Below are positions 18,479-26,744 of a stretch of DNA of 36,404 nt, piece after piece; positions within the stretch are counted from its first letter, which is position 1, and each line of letters begins with the position of its first letter. The notes under the pieces were generated by a model. The model was not told where the DNA came from. It searched no databases and was given only the letters and a program-made list of their open reading frames with translations. The DNA comes from a virus (lineage: Duplodnaviria; Heunggongvirae; Uroviricota; Caudoviricetes), in the IMG/VR virus record IMGVR_UViG_2923344815_000003, positions 1-36,404 of that record; one strand, 5' to 3'. Both the position numbers and the translations under genes were made by a program.

Positions 18479-18798
18479 TCGTCCTTCTCCTTCACCCTGC
18501 GATTAAAGGCCGCAATAACCTTGTCGCGTGCTTTCTCTGCCCCCATAAAACCGATTGATGCGCCGATAAACGTCACGGCATCTTCAGGAAAACCGAAGAA
18601 GCGCAACGACCCGGCCACGGCCATGGCGAGAACGCCGCACGCCAGCGATCCCGTTACGGTCTGAACCAGTGTTCGTCCGTCATAAAGACTCATCAGCGCG
18701 GAAATGCTGACCGCCGCGCCTGCTGCATACACCGTTGGCAGGTGGTCAAAGAGCCATGCAATAACCTGCTCTGTGATCCCTGTTTGAATGGTGTTCAC
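18475..18798 (-). CDS. holin
   Basis: GTG start at 18798 after GGGGGAG RBS; two or three hydrophobic helices, charged C-terminus (RRVKEKDE); track ORF extends artificially to 19017. Confidence 0.6.
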   Translation of the reverse strand: MNTIQTGITEQVIAWLFDHLPTVYAAGAAVSISALMSLYDGRTLVQTVTGSLACGVLAMAVAGSLRFFGFPEDAVTFIGASIGFMGAEKARDKVIAAFNRRVKEKDE

Positions 18799-18800
18799 TG

Positions 18801-19001
18801 CTACTCCCCCCACAACTGAATCATTTCTCGTTTCTTCTTCTCCGGCTCCGGCATCTCCACGTCCTGCCCGGCGTCCAGAAATACCTGCTGACAGAGTCCG
18901 GGGTTGGCATCCAGCACCTTTTCGGTGACGCCCTGCGTCGTGCCGTAGTACCGGAAACAGAGCGAATCCACGGTGTCGCCTTCCAGTGCCTTCACTTTCA
19001 T
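18801..19001 (-). CDS. X: tail protein gpX
   Basis: MKVKALEGDTVDSLCFRYYG... 66 aa, P2 X-like; start overlaps L stop. Confidence 0.8.
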   Translation of the reverse strand: MKVKALEGDTVDSLCFRYYGTTQGVTEKVLDANPGLCQQVFLDAGQDVEMPEPEKKKREMIQLWGE

Positions 19002-19504
19002 CAGCACAACTCCGCAAAGATTCGCGGGCGGCACAGAATGTCAGAGATGGCCCAGCTCACATCGCGCCACAAATCTGATGTCTGTATATCCAGTGCGTCC
19101 GCCCGGCGGTCGCCCTTGTCCGTTGTGTCCGCATCGCGGTAACGCTCCAGAATCAGGGCGCGTGTGGCGGTATAAACAGCATTGCGCCAGTGCCAGAGAT
19201 TGACGCTTTCTCCGTTAATTACGGGTGCCGGAACATCGGCCAGCGTCTGATGGCCAGCCGCCTGCTGTTCCTGCTGCCATGCTTCCAGCTCGCGGGTAAC
19301 GTGAGCCACCGCCCCGGTGGCGGTATGCAGCAGGCGGGAGGTGGTCACACGGCCCGGCAGTCGTACCGCCAGACGCAGCTCACGCAGCACAATATCCGGC
19401 CAGAATGCGCCCGCTGAAATACGGGTATCACCATCATCGGTATCGGTGATGTCGTCCTCTGCGGGTCCGGGGTTGGTTCTGGCAACCATACTCATGGGGT
19501 TCAC
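19001..19504 (-). CDS. L: head completion/stabilisation protein gpL
   Basis: 167 aa, conserved position. Confidence 0.85.
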   Translation of the reverse strand: MNPMSMVARTNPGPAEDDITDTDDGDTRISAGAFWPDIVLRELRLAVRLPGRVTTSRLLHTATGAVAHVTRELEAWQQEQQAAGHQTLADVPAPVINGESVNLWHWRNAVYTATRALILERYRDADTTDKGDRRADALDIQTSDLWRDVSWAISDILCRPRIFAELC

Positions 19505-19597
19505 TCCTGAAAAAAATCGGGCGGTGGGTGCGCGGTGTAAACGGTCACGGAGTCAAACCGGAACACCGCGCACGCCGCCCGCTGACGGGGTCAGTCG

Positions 19598-20398
19598 TTA
19601 ACCGCGCTTCGCCTTCTGCGTCGCGGTGGTTTTTCGTGTTGCAGGCTTCCGCGTTGTCTTTTTACTTTTGCTGCTTTCGTCCTGCGCCTGCTGTGCGCTG
19701 GCGTCTTCTGGTGCGGCTGCGGAATCGGCTTTTTTCAGGGCGCGGGAAAGGGTTGCAATCTCGCGTTTCACACCTGCGTTCGGGTTCAGGTGCATTGCTT
19801 CGCGCAGCAGCTTCAGTGACAGTGCCATGCTGTCCGCATCGCTCAGGCCACGGCGGGCAAAGGCGCACGCCTTGCATAATTTGGCGCGCACTTCGTCCGG
19901 CATGTCCTGGTCGGTGACAATCTCCCGGAGGGTATCCAGTGGTTTGATAAAGGCGGACAAATCCGCGTCGGCATCCGTCCCGGCCTGCGTCAGTACCGGG
20001 TTGCAGATTTCTTCGGTCAGCACTGTGGCAGCAGTACGGCCAAAGTTATCCGGCATAATGAGGTTATGACGGACCACATACGCACCAATACGCAACGCCA
20101 GCGGAAGATCGCCGCAGTCAATCGCCCACACCATCAGCGTGGCAATCACTTCATCCTGCTGCCCGCCGTCAGCCTCCAACGTTCCCTCAATCCAGCCGGA
20201 AAAATCCGGCAACAACTCTTTTTTGATGGCGGCTTTCGCGCTTCTGGCCTGTACGCCCTTAAGCCGGGCCTGTGCCAGACGCAGACGATACAGCACCTCT
20301 TCATGCGCGGTACGCGCGGCGTGGTCCACGCCTTCATTCGCCCGGCCTGCGCGCTGTGCCATCACGTTCTGCCAGTGTTGCTGTGCAGGAGTAATCAT
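19598..20398 (-). CDS. M: terminase endonuclease (small) subunit gpM
   Basis: 266 aa, basic C-terminus, position upstream of L. Confidence 0.85.
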   Translation of the reverse strand: MITPAQQHWQNVMAQRAGRANEGVDHAARTAHEEVLYRLRLAQARLKGVQARSAKAAIKKELLPDFSGWIEGTLEADGGQQDEVIATLMVWAIDCGDLPLALRIGAYVVRHNLIMPDNFGRTAATVLTEEICNPVLTQAGTDADADLSAFIKPLDTLREIVTDQDMPDEVRAKLCKACAFARRGLSDADSMALSLKLLREAMHLNPNAGVKREIATLSRALKKADSAAAPEDASAQQAQDESSKSKKTTRKPATRKTTATQKAKRG

Positions 20399-20443
20399 TG
20401 TTTCTCTCCGTTACAGGCGGGCATGATGCCCGCCGTGAGTTGA

Positions 20444-21496
20444 TTAGCTGTCGGCGAACTTCAGGCCAGTGACCATCGCGCACTTGCCATAGTCTTCAAC
20501 GACATAAGCGTCATTGATGGACTGGTAGGTGGCGATGCGGTTGTATTCCGGCTCGTCTTTCATCAGGCGACGCATTGAACCTTTCTGCCAGTAAATCGAC
20601 AGGTTGTTGAACGAGGTGATCAGCATCGTTGCATCCGGGAAGAACGGCGCAAGGAACACACCCAGCCCGCCAATGGTGCGCGATGACAGGATGAGCTGCC
20701 CGGCGAGTAATTCCGCATTGGGATTCTGGCCGCTGATGCTGTTCAGCACGGGCAGACGCAGCGAGTTAAACAGGTTGCGCCCCATAATCACCACGAGGTC
20801 GTCAGCTTCCTTGTGCCATTCATCCAGCAGGGATGAGCGTGCGTCCTGAACCAGTGCATCAGCATTCGCATACTTACCCGCGTGCGCCACGGTGTTGTCC
20901 ATGTTGCGGGAGGTCAGCGTCACGTCATTCATTACGCGCGCGCTGGCATTGGTTCTGATGTGCTCCAGCCACCCCACGTTAACGTCCTGAAGCAGCTTGT
21001 TGGTGCTGAAGTTGGATTTTTCCGCGTGTGACGTGCCGTTAAAGCCGATCATGATGCGGTCAAGCGCCACCTGTCGGGCAATCTGTGCGCTGATGCGGGT
21101 CTGGAAGTCATTGTGCGCCGCCCAGGCATCAAGCTGCGGATACGAAATAAACGTGTCGTAGTTCACCTGCTCACACTGGTACTGACGGGACTTCAGGTCG
21201 ACAGCGTTAATCGGGTTGCGGCGATCTGTGCCGTCATAACTGGTATTTGTGCGCGCAATCGGCCCGGTGGTGTCCATGAGGACTTTTTCGCCTTTCTGGT
21301 CGGTCACACCGATCACGTTAATTTTTTTTGTAAGTTCGGTGCTATCCTTTGAGGCGTTTTCAAAACGCTGCTGCACCGCGGGTTCCACGGTAAATCGCGA
21401 TACCAGTCCAGAAACCGGGATATTGTTAATCGACGCCTGTCGCGTCATGTAGCAGCCCAGCTTGTTACGGGCATTATCTGACATCACCAGATTCAT
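20444..21496 (-). CDS. N: major capsid protein gpN
   Basis: 350 aa; FTVEPAV motif region as P2 N. Confidence 0.9.
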   Translation of the reverse strand: MNLVMSDNARNKLGCYMTRQASINNIPVSGLVSRFTVEPAVQQRFENASKDSTELTKKINVIGVTDQKGEKVLMDTTGPIARTNTSYDGTDRRNPINAVDLKSRQYQCEQVNYDTFISYPQLDAWAAHNDFQTRISAQIARQVALDRIMIGFNGTSHAEKSNFSTNKLLQDVNVGWLEHIRTNASARVMNDVTLTSRNMDNTVAHAGKYANADALVQDARSSLLDEWHKEADDLVVIMGRNLFNSLRLPVLNSISGQNPNAELLAGQLILSSRTIGGLGVFLAPFFPDATMLITSFNNLSIYWQKGSMRRLMKDEPEYNRIATYQSINDAYVVEDYGKCAMVTGLKFADS

Positions 21497-21519
21497 AAAA
21501 AATTTGCTCCTTTGTCTTA

Positions 21520-22389
21520 TCAGAAGTCAGCCAGCTGGTCGGAGGCTGCGCCCGTTGCGGTGAACCGGTTCTGCGGATCGCCGTCCTGCGTGCGCAGTTT
21601 TTCCTTCAGTGCTGTCAGCTCTGTGGTCAGCGAAGTGATTTTCTGGCTGTCCTGCTGATGGCGGGTTTCCAGTGCATTAAAACGGTCGATAATGTCGGCC
21701 TGTGATGTTGCGACACCTTCCACCGCTTCCTGAATACGGGAGAAACTGGCGTCATCCGCTTTGCGGCCACGGCCAATAATCCCCATAACGCGGTTAAACC
21801 ACTGGGTGCCTTCTTCCTGACGTTGTTCGGTGAGTTCGATAAGTTCTGACTCCATAGCGGCGGTAAACATCGCCACGTCTCCCTGCTGACAGTTGAATGT
21901 CATCAGTTGCATACGTTGTTGTGCCGCAAAGGCCAGACGTTCCGTGCCCAGGCTGGCGGGGGTGTCGGTCATTGCCAGCCCGCGCAGGTAAGGGCCTCCC
22001 GTGATGGTTGACTGTGGTTCCAGCTCAATACTGGAGTAAATTTTTTTACCATCGTTAAGCAGGGACATCATGCGAGCGGTCGGCTCAATTTCGGCATACA
22101 GTGCCGTGCGGCCTGCCAGCGGGCCATCGGTTATGTCTTCGGTGCTCAACCCCACAACATCGCCCATAGCGGAAAACTCGCTGCCGGGGAGTGGTGACAG
22201 GATGTGCTCAATATTCACACGTGCACCATAAACGGACGGGTTATAACTGGTGGCGGCAGCTTTCAGCATGTCGCCGTTGATTTCGCGCCCGTCTGCCGTC
22301 ACACCGGAGACAGCCACGCGAAACTTTTTGCGGGATGTCTTTTTTTCATTAGTCATAGTTTTTGCCCCTCTGACTGGTTCTTCAGTCAT
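21520..22389 (-). CDS. O: capsid scaffolding protein gpO
   Basis: 289 aa; probable true start at Met 22356 (MTNEKK...). Confidence 0.85.
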   Translation of the reverse strand: MTEEPVRGAKTMTNEKKTSRKKFRVAVSGVTADGREINGDMLKAAATSYNPSVYGARVNIEHILSPLPGSEFSAMGDVVGLSTEDITDGPLAGRTALYAEIEPTARMMSLLNDGKKIYSSIELEPQSTITGGPYLRGLAMTDTPASLGTERLAFAAQQRMQLMTFNCQQGDVAMFTAAMESELIELTEQRQEEGTQWFNRVMGIIGRGRKADDASFSRIQEAVEGVATSQADIIDRFNALETRHQQDSQKITSLTTELTALKEKLRTQDGDPQNRFTATGAASDQLADF

Positions 22390-22510
22390 GATGGCAAAGC
22401 GTAACAGGCTGATACAAAGGGCTTTTGTTGTAAGAAAACGGCCAGAACAGGGGGTTAAGGAGAACGGTTTCGCGCGCGGGTAATCTTCCTGTAATTACTC
22501 AGGGGGAGCA
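22390..22510. promoter_or_regulatory. divergent late-promoter region between O and P
   Basis: Intergenic region between divergently oriented capsid and terminase operons, as in P2; individual Ogr-dependent elements not resolved. Confidence 0.4.
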
Positions 22511-24262
22511 ATGATTCAGGACGCTTTTGTGCGCCAGCGTGCGCGGCAACTTTACTGGCAGGGTTATCCGCCCGCAGAAATATCACGTCTGATGGGAATA
22601 AACCCGAACACGATTTATGCGTGGAAAAAACGCGACCAGTGGGATGAAACACCACCCGTGCAGCGTGTCACGCAGTCCATCGATGCGCGCCTCATCCAGC
22701 TTACTGAAAAACAGAATAAAACAGGTGGTGACTTCAAGGAAATAGACCTGCTGACCCGGCAGCTTAAAAAACTGCATGATGGCCAGCCGGATGCGACGGC
22801 CACAGGAAAGAAAAGCCGGGCGAAAAAACTCAAAAATCATTTCACGCCGGAACAGATTGCCGCACTGCGGGAAAAAATCATCAGCAGGCTGGAGTGGCAT
22901 CAGCGGGGCTGGTTTGACTCTCTGACCCTTTGCAGGGAAGCCGGGATACGTAACAGGATGATCCTGAAATCCCGACAGATTGGAGCAACATGGTATTTTG
23001 CACAGGAAGCACTGCTGATGGCGCTGCGTGACGATGTGGCGCAACCTTACCAGCGTAACCAGATTTTTTTGTCTGCGTCGCGTCGTCAGGCGTTCCAGTT
23101 TAAAAGCATTATTCAGAAGGCTGCATCTGAAGTTGATGTGGAGCTGAAAGGGGGCGATAAAATCATCCTCTCCAACGGCGCAGAGCTGCATTTTCTTGGT
23201 ACTTCTGCTGCGACGGCACAGTCCTACACGGGCAATTTTTATTTTGATGAATTTTTCTGGGTCAGTCGCTTTGCTGAACTGCGCAAGGTGGCTGGCGCTA
23301 TGGCAACCCTCAGCGGACTGCGGCGCACCTACTTCTCCACGCCATCCACCGAAACGCACGAGGCATACGCCTACTGGAATGGCGACCGCTGGAACGAGAA
23401 AAAGGCCACGCATAAACGCCAGCGTTTTTCTGTGGACTGGAAAACGCTGCATAACGGGCTTATCTGCCCTGACCGGACGTGGCGGCAAATTGTCACGCTG
23501 GAAGATGTGGTTAATCACGGCTGGAAACACACCGATATTGACGAAATTCGTGATGAAAACACCGAAGACGAGTTCCGCAATCTCTATATGTGTGAGTTTG
23601 TCCGCGAAGGGGAATCGGCATTTAACCTGAATATCCTGATTGGCTGCGGCGTTGACGGATACGACGACTGGAAAGACTGGAAACCTTTTGCTCCCCGCCC
23701 GATGGGGAATCGTCCGGTATGGATTGGGTATGACGCAAACGGCAGCAGTGGAAACGGCGACAGCGGCGCTGTGTCCGTGGTGGTTCCTCCGGCTGTTCCT
23801 GGAGGCCGTTTTCGAACGGTGGAGACGCGACGCGTTCAGGGGCTGGAGTTTGAAGAACAGGCCAGAGTCATTGAAGAGTTCACGTGTCGCTACAACGTGG
23901 AACACATCGGCATTGATGTGACGGGCGGGAACGGGGAGGCTGTTTATCAGATAGTGAAACGGTTTTTCCCTGCCGCTATTCCGTACACCTTCACGCTGTC
24001 ATCAAAACGGTCGCTGGTACTGAAAATGCTGCAAATAATGCGTGCCGGGCGGTGGGAATACGATCGCGCCGAACGCGAGCTGGTCGCGGCCTTTAACGCC
24101 GTGCGTAAGGTGAAAACACCGGGCGGCTTTATCACTTACGAAACGGACCGTGCGAGGGGGATCAGCCACGGCGACCTTGCGTGGGCAACCATGCTTGCTG
24201 TCATTAACGAACCAATTGGCGGCGAAGGGGAAAACGAGCGTTTTACGGTTATGGAATTCTGA
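22511..24262 (+). CDS. P: terminase ATPase (large) subunit gpP
   Basis: 583 aa, P2 P-like. Confidence 0.9.
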   Translation: MIQDAFVRQRARQLYWQGYPPAEISRLMGINPNTIYAWKKRDQWDETPPVQRVTQSIDARLIQLTEKQNKTGGDFKEIDLLTRQLKKLHDGQPDATATGKKSRAKKLKNHFTPEQIAALREKIISRLEWHQRGWFDSLTLCREAGIRNRMILKSRQIGATWYFAQEALLMALRDDVAQPYQRNQIFLSASRRQAFQFKSIIQKAASEVDVELKGGDKIILSNGAELHFLGTSAATAQSYTGNFYFDEFFWVSRFAELRKVAGAMATLSGLRRTYFSTPSTETHEAYAYWNGDRWNEKKATHKRQRFSVDWKTLHNGLICPDRTWRQIVTLEDVVNHGWKHTDIDEIRDENTEDEFRNLYMCEFVREGESAFNLNILIGCGVDGYDDWKDWKPFAPRPMGNRPVWIGYDANGSSGNGDSGAVSVVVPPAVPGGRFRTVETRRVQGLEFEEQARVIEEFTCRYNVEHIGIDVTGGNGEAVYQIVKRFFPAAIPYTFTLSSKRSLVLKMLQIMRAGRWEYDRAERELVAAFNAVRKVKTPGGFITYETDRARGISHGDLAWATMLAVINEPIGGEGENERFTVMEF

Positions 24263-25308
24263 TGAGCAGAAAAAATAAAAAAGTGCGCATGAGTTCACGC
24301 ATTGATCTCGCTGATGCGCTCAGGAAAGAATCATCGCTCAGTGCATTCACATTTGATGGTCCTTATCGCCTGACCGGGCATGACCTGCTGGACAATATGT
24401 ACTGTGCTGATAACGGGCGGTGGTATGAAACCCCGGTGGACTGGTACGGTCTGGCAAGAGCCGCCCGGCAAACGTCCTGGCATCAGTCTGCGCTTTACTT
24501 TAAGCGCAATGTATTGCTCGGGTGCTACATCCCGCACCCGCTGCTTTCCCGGCAGGATTTCTCGGCGCTGGCGCTGGACTGGTTTGTGTTCGGTAACGCA
24601 TTCCTTGAGCTTCGGAGCAATATGCTCGGCGAACCGCTTAAATTACGGCACGCCCTGGCGAAATACATGCGACGCGGAAGCGATCTTGAATCATGGTGGT
24701 ATGTGCAGGATGGCAAGGACGCGTTTCAGTTTCGCCCTGGCAAAGTGTGCCACCTGATGAACCCGGATATTAACCAGGAAATCTACGGCATGCCGGAATA
24801 TCTCGGCGCATTACTCTCGGCCAGCCTGTCTCATTCGGCGGACATGTTCAGAAAACTGTATTACGACAACGGATCCCACGCCGGATGCATCATCTACATC
24901 GGTGCAGCGCAGGTAAACCGTGAAAGCATGGACTCCCTGAAAGAAACGCTACAGGGGGCACGTGGTGGTGGTGCGTTTAAAAACGTGCTCATTCATGCGC
25001 CCAACGGGGGCAAAGAGGGGGTGCAAATTTTGCCGTTCCAGCAGATCACCGCAAAAGATGAGTTCATGAATGTTAAGGCGGCGTCCCGTGATGATGTGCT
25101 GGCTGCGCACCGTGTTCCGCCGCAACTGATGGGGGCGATGCCGGGCGAAAAAAGTGCGTTTGGTGATGTGGAGAAGGCCGCGCGGGTTTATGCAATTAAC
25201 GAGCTGATGCCCGTTATGGAGGCCATGAAGCACATCAATGACTGGCTTGGCGAAGAGGTGATCCGCTTTAACCCTTACGCACTGTTAGACACCCCGCCCA
25301 CATCCTGA
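24262..25308 (+). CDS. Q: portal protein gpQ
   Basis: 348 aa, start overlaps P stop. Confidence 0.9.
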   Translation: MSRKNKKVRMSSRIDLADALRKESSLSAFTFDGPYRLTGHDLLDNMYCADNGRWYETPVDWYGLARAARQTSWHQSALYFKRNVLLGCYIPHPLLSRQDFSALALDWFVFGNAFLELRSNMLGEPLKLRHALAKYMRRGSDLESWWYVQDGKDAFQFRPGKVCHLMNPDINQEIYGMPEYLGALLSASLSHSADMFRKLYYDNGSHAGCIIYIGAAQVNRESMDSLKETLQGARGGGAFKNVLIHAPNGGKEGVQILPFQQITAKDEFMNVKAASRDDVLAAHRVPPQLMGAMPGEKSAFGDVEKAARVYAINELMPVMEAMKHINDWLGEEVIRFNPYALLDTPPTS

Positions 25309-25760
25309 CGCGCTTCGCTTGTCTGCTGCTTCGCCGGGGCATAAAAAATTTATGCCCCGACTCTCCAGCTCCTGTATCAATCAGATAATTTCACGACGCC
25401 TTCCAGCTTATTGCCATCATCGGCGGTCAGGTTCTTACGCAATCCCATCGCGCTGACTGCATGTTCTCGCCGCCTCAGTGCGATTTTGACGGCCTTATCT
25501 GCCACCCCATCAAATCAAAAGCCCTCACGTCTTTTTCACGCTCAGCGTGAGAAAGACAGCCATTCTGTTGTATCTCTGCGACATCGTTCAGGGAATGCTA
25601 TTTACCCCCTGAAACGCGGGCTGTTCCCCCGTCACCTGCGCGTAGAAAAAACGCGTTTTTTGTGCACGTACGGATCCTTGACGGATCCAGCCGCCACGCG
25701 GGCCGGAAGTACAAAAAGTCGTTCAAAAAAATTGTGCAAACTTGTGCACTATCGTGCAAA

Positions 25761-25790
25761 CAAAAAAAAGCGCCTTATCGGCGCTTCAAA
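25761..25790 (-). terminator. rho-independent terminator downstream of ORF 25795-26064
   Basis: aagcgcc / ggcgctt stem, T8 tract on the minus strand. Confidence 0.55.
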
Positions 25791-25794
25791 AATA

Positions 25795-26064
25795 TCAATT
25801 GTTGCTGTGTATTAATCGCCAACCACGAACATATGCTTCATAAGCATCTCTGTGCCTTACAGTTCCAGCCTGGCTAAACGGAATGTTAGCTAAAACTAAA
25901 TCATTCTGAGCCATAGCGCGTCCTTCAAGCGCATCTTTTATGCCTAGCTCAAAAGCACAGGCAGCGCATTTGTGCCGACCTTCTTGTCCTTGATATTCAG
26001 GGAGAGACAGAAATGTTGGGTTATAACGATGAGGGTTCTTGCAAATACCTGTTTTAGCCCGCAC
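25795..26064 (-). CDS. hypothetical protein (Cys-containing), cos-proximal accessory locus
   Basis: 89-aa ORF with GTG start and GAGG RBS, or a 39-aa product from Met 25914 with GAAGGA RBS; own terminator downstream. Confidence 0.4.
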   Translation of the reverse strand: MRAKTGICKNPHRYNPTFLSLPEYQGQEGRHKCAACAFELGIKDALEGRAMAQNDLVLANIPFSQAGTVRHRDAYEAYVRGWRLIHSNN

Positions 26065-26087
26065 TTTATTTACCTCATAGGAAAAAT

Positions 26088-26174
26088 ATGCGTGCCTTTA
26101 CAGAGGTGCGTGTAAGCAATAAAATATACGACGCACATTTTGATTTACTTCGGAAGGCACGCATATCAGGTTAA
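26088..26174 (+). CDS. candidate 28-aa small ORF enclosed by a 13-bp inverted repeat
   Basis: AGGAAAAAT RBS then ATG; MRAFTEVRVSNKIYDAHFDLLRKARISG; arms atatgcgtgcctt (26086-26098) and aaggcacgcatat (26154-26166); could instead be a non-coding RNA. Confidence 0.3.
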   Translation: MRAFTEVRVSNKIYDAHFDLLRKARISG

Positions 26175-26195
26175 GTGAGTCCGACCGAGTTCTAC

Positions 26196-26229
26196 GCCCC
26201 AATAGTTGCTGCTATTGGGGCGTTTTGCA
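26196..26229 (+). terminator. rho-independent terminator (plus strand)
   Basis: gccccaatag / ctattggggc stem, then gttttg. Confidence 0.5.
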
Positions 26230-26428
26230 TGGACAATGCCGCGCAATTATCTTGTCGCTCACAATGCGAACGATCTTACAAAAAGGCACATTACTGTCAA
26301 GATAATTGATCGTTTTAATCGATAGATAATAGACAATCTATTTGTTTAACAGATCGATTATTGAAGTAAGTGCGCCAAATGGAATGATACTGTTTCTATA
26401 AATGTGAGCATTTTTCGCGCAGATGCTT

Positions 26429-26740
26429 TTACTCAGGAAATAACGCCCGGATATTCCCAGCCATCTGGCTGGTTATCTTAGCCACTGGTGCAGACTGTGC
26501 TTCAAACTTTTTTGAGCTGATTTGTGTCACAGGTAACATCTCATCATCAGCCCATGCGGCCAGTCGGTAAGCCTCTGCCGGATTCGTCTTCAGAAGTGCC
26601 AGCCCGGCCAGAAAAGCCACGCGTTGGCCGCTTTTGCGGGCTTCTGGTGTAAGGCTGTCCAGCCAGGCGCATGCTTCTCCTTCGTTCTTGACGGCAGCTG
26701 GCTTCAGATAGAAACTTATTCTTCTGGTTGGTGTCGTCAT
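26429..26740 (-). CDS. parR: ParR-like centromere-binding adaptor
   Basis: 103 aa directly downstream of the ParM-like gene; ISFYLKP...WLDSL...AFLAGLAL resembles the ParR N-terminal region as I recall it. Confidence 0.65.
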   Translation of the reverse strand: MTTPTRRISFYLKPAAVKNEGEACAWLDSLTPEARKSGQRVAFLAGLALLKTNPAEAYRLAAWADDEMLPVTQISSKKFEAQSAPVAKITSQMAGNIRALFPE

Positions 26741-26744
26741 TGGT

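Noticed and set aside
22583-23905. 440-aa ORF antisense to terminase P
   Set aside because: Fully embedded antisense in a well-supported conserved gene; Arg/Phe-rich low-complexity translation.
25336-25358. Hairpin after portal gene as an intrinsic terminator
   Set aside because: Strong stem but no T-tract on either strand; may be a cos-region structural element instead.
26380-26400. LexA box upstream of the accessory genes (searched for a Tum-like SOS-controlled antirepressor)
   Set aside because: Only CTGT-N8-ATGT found, three mismatches from CTGT-N8-ACAG; no convincing SOS box.
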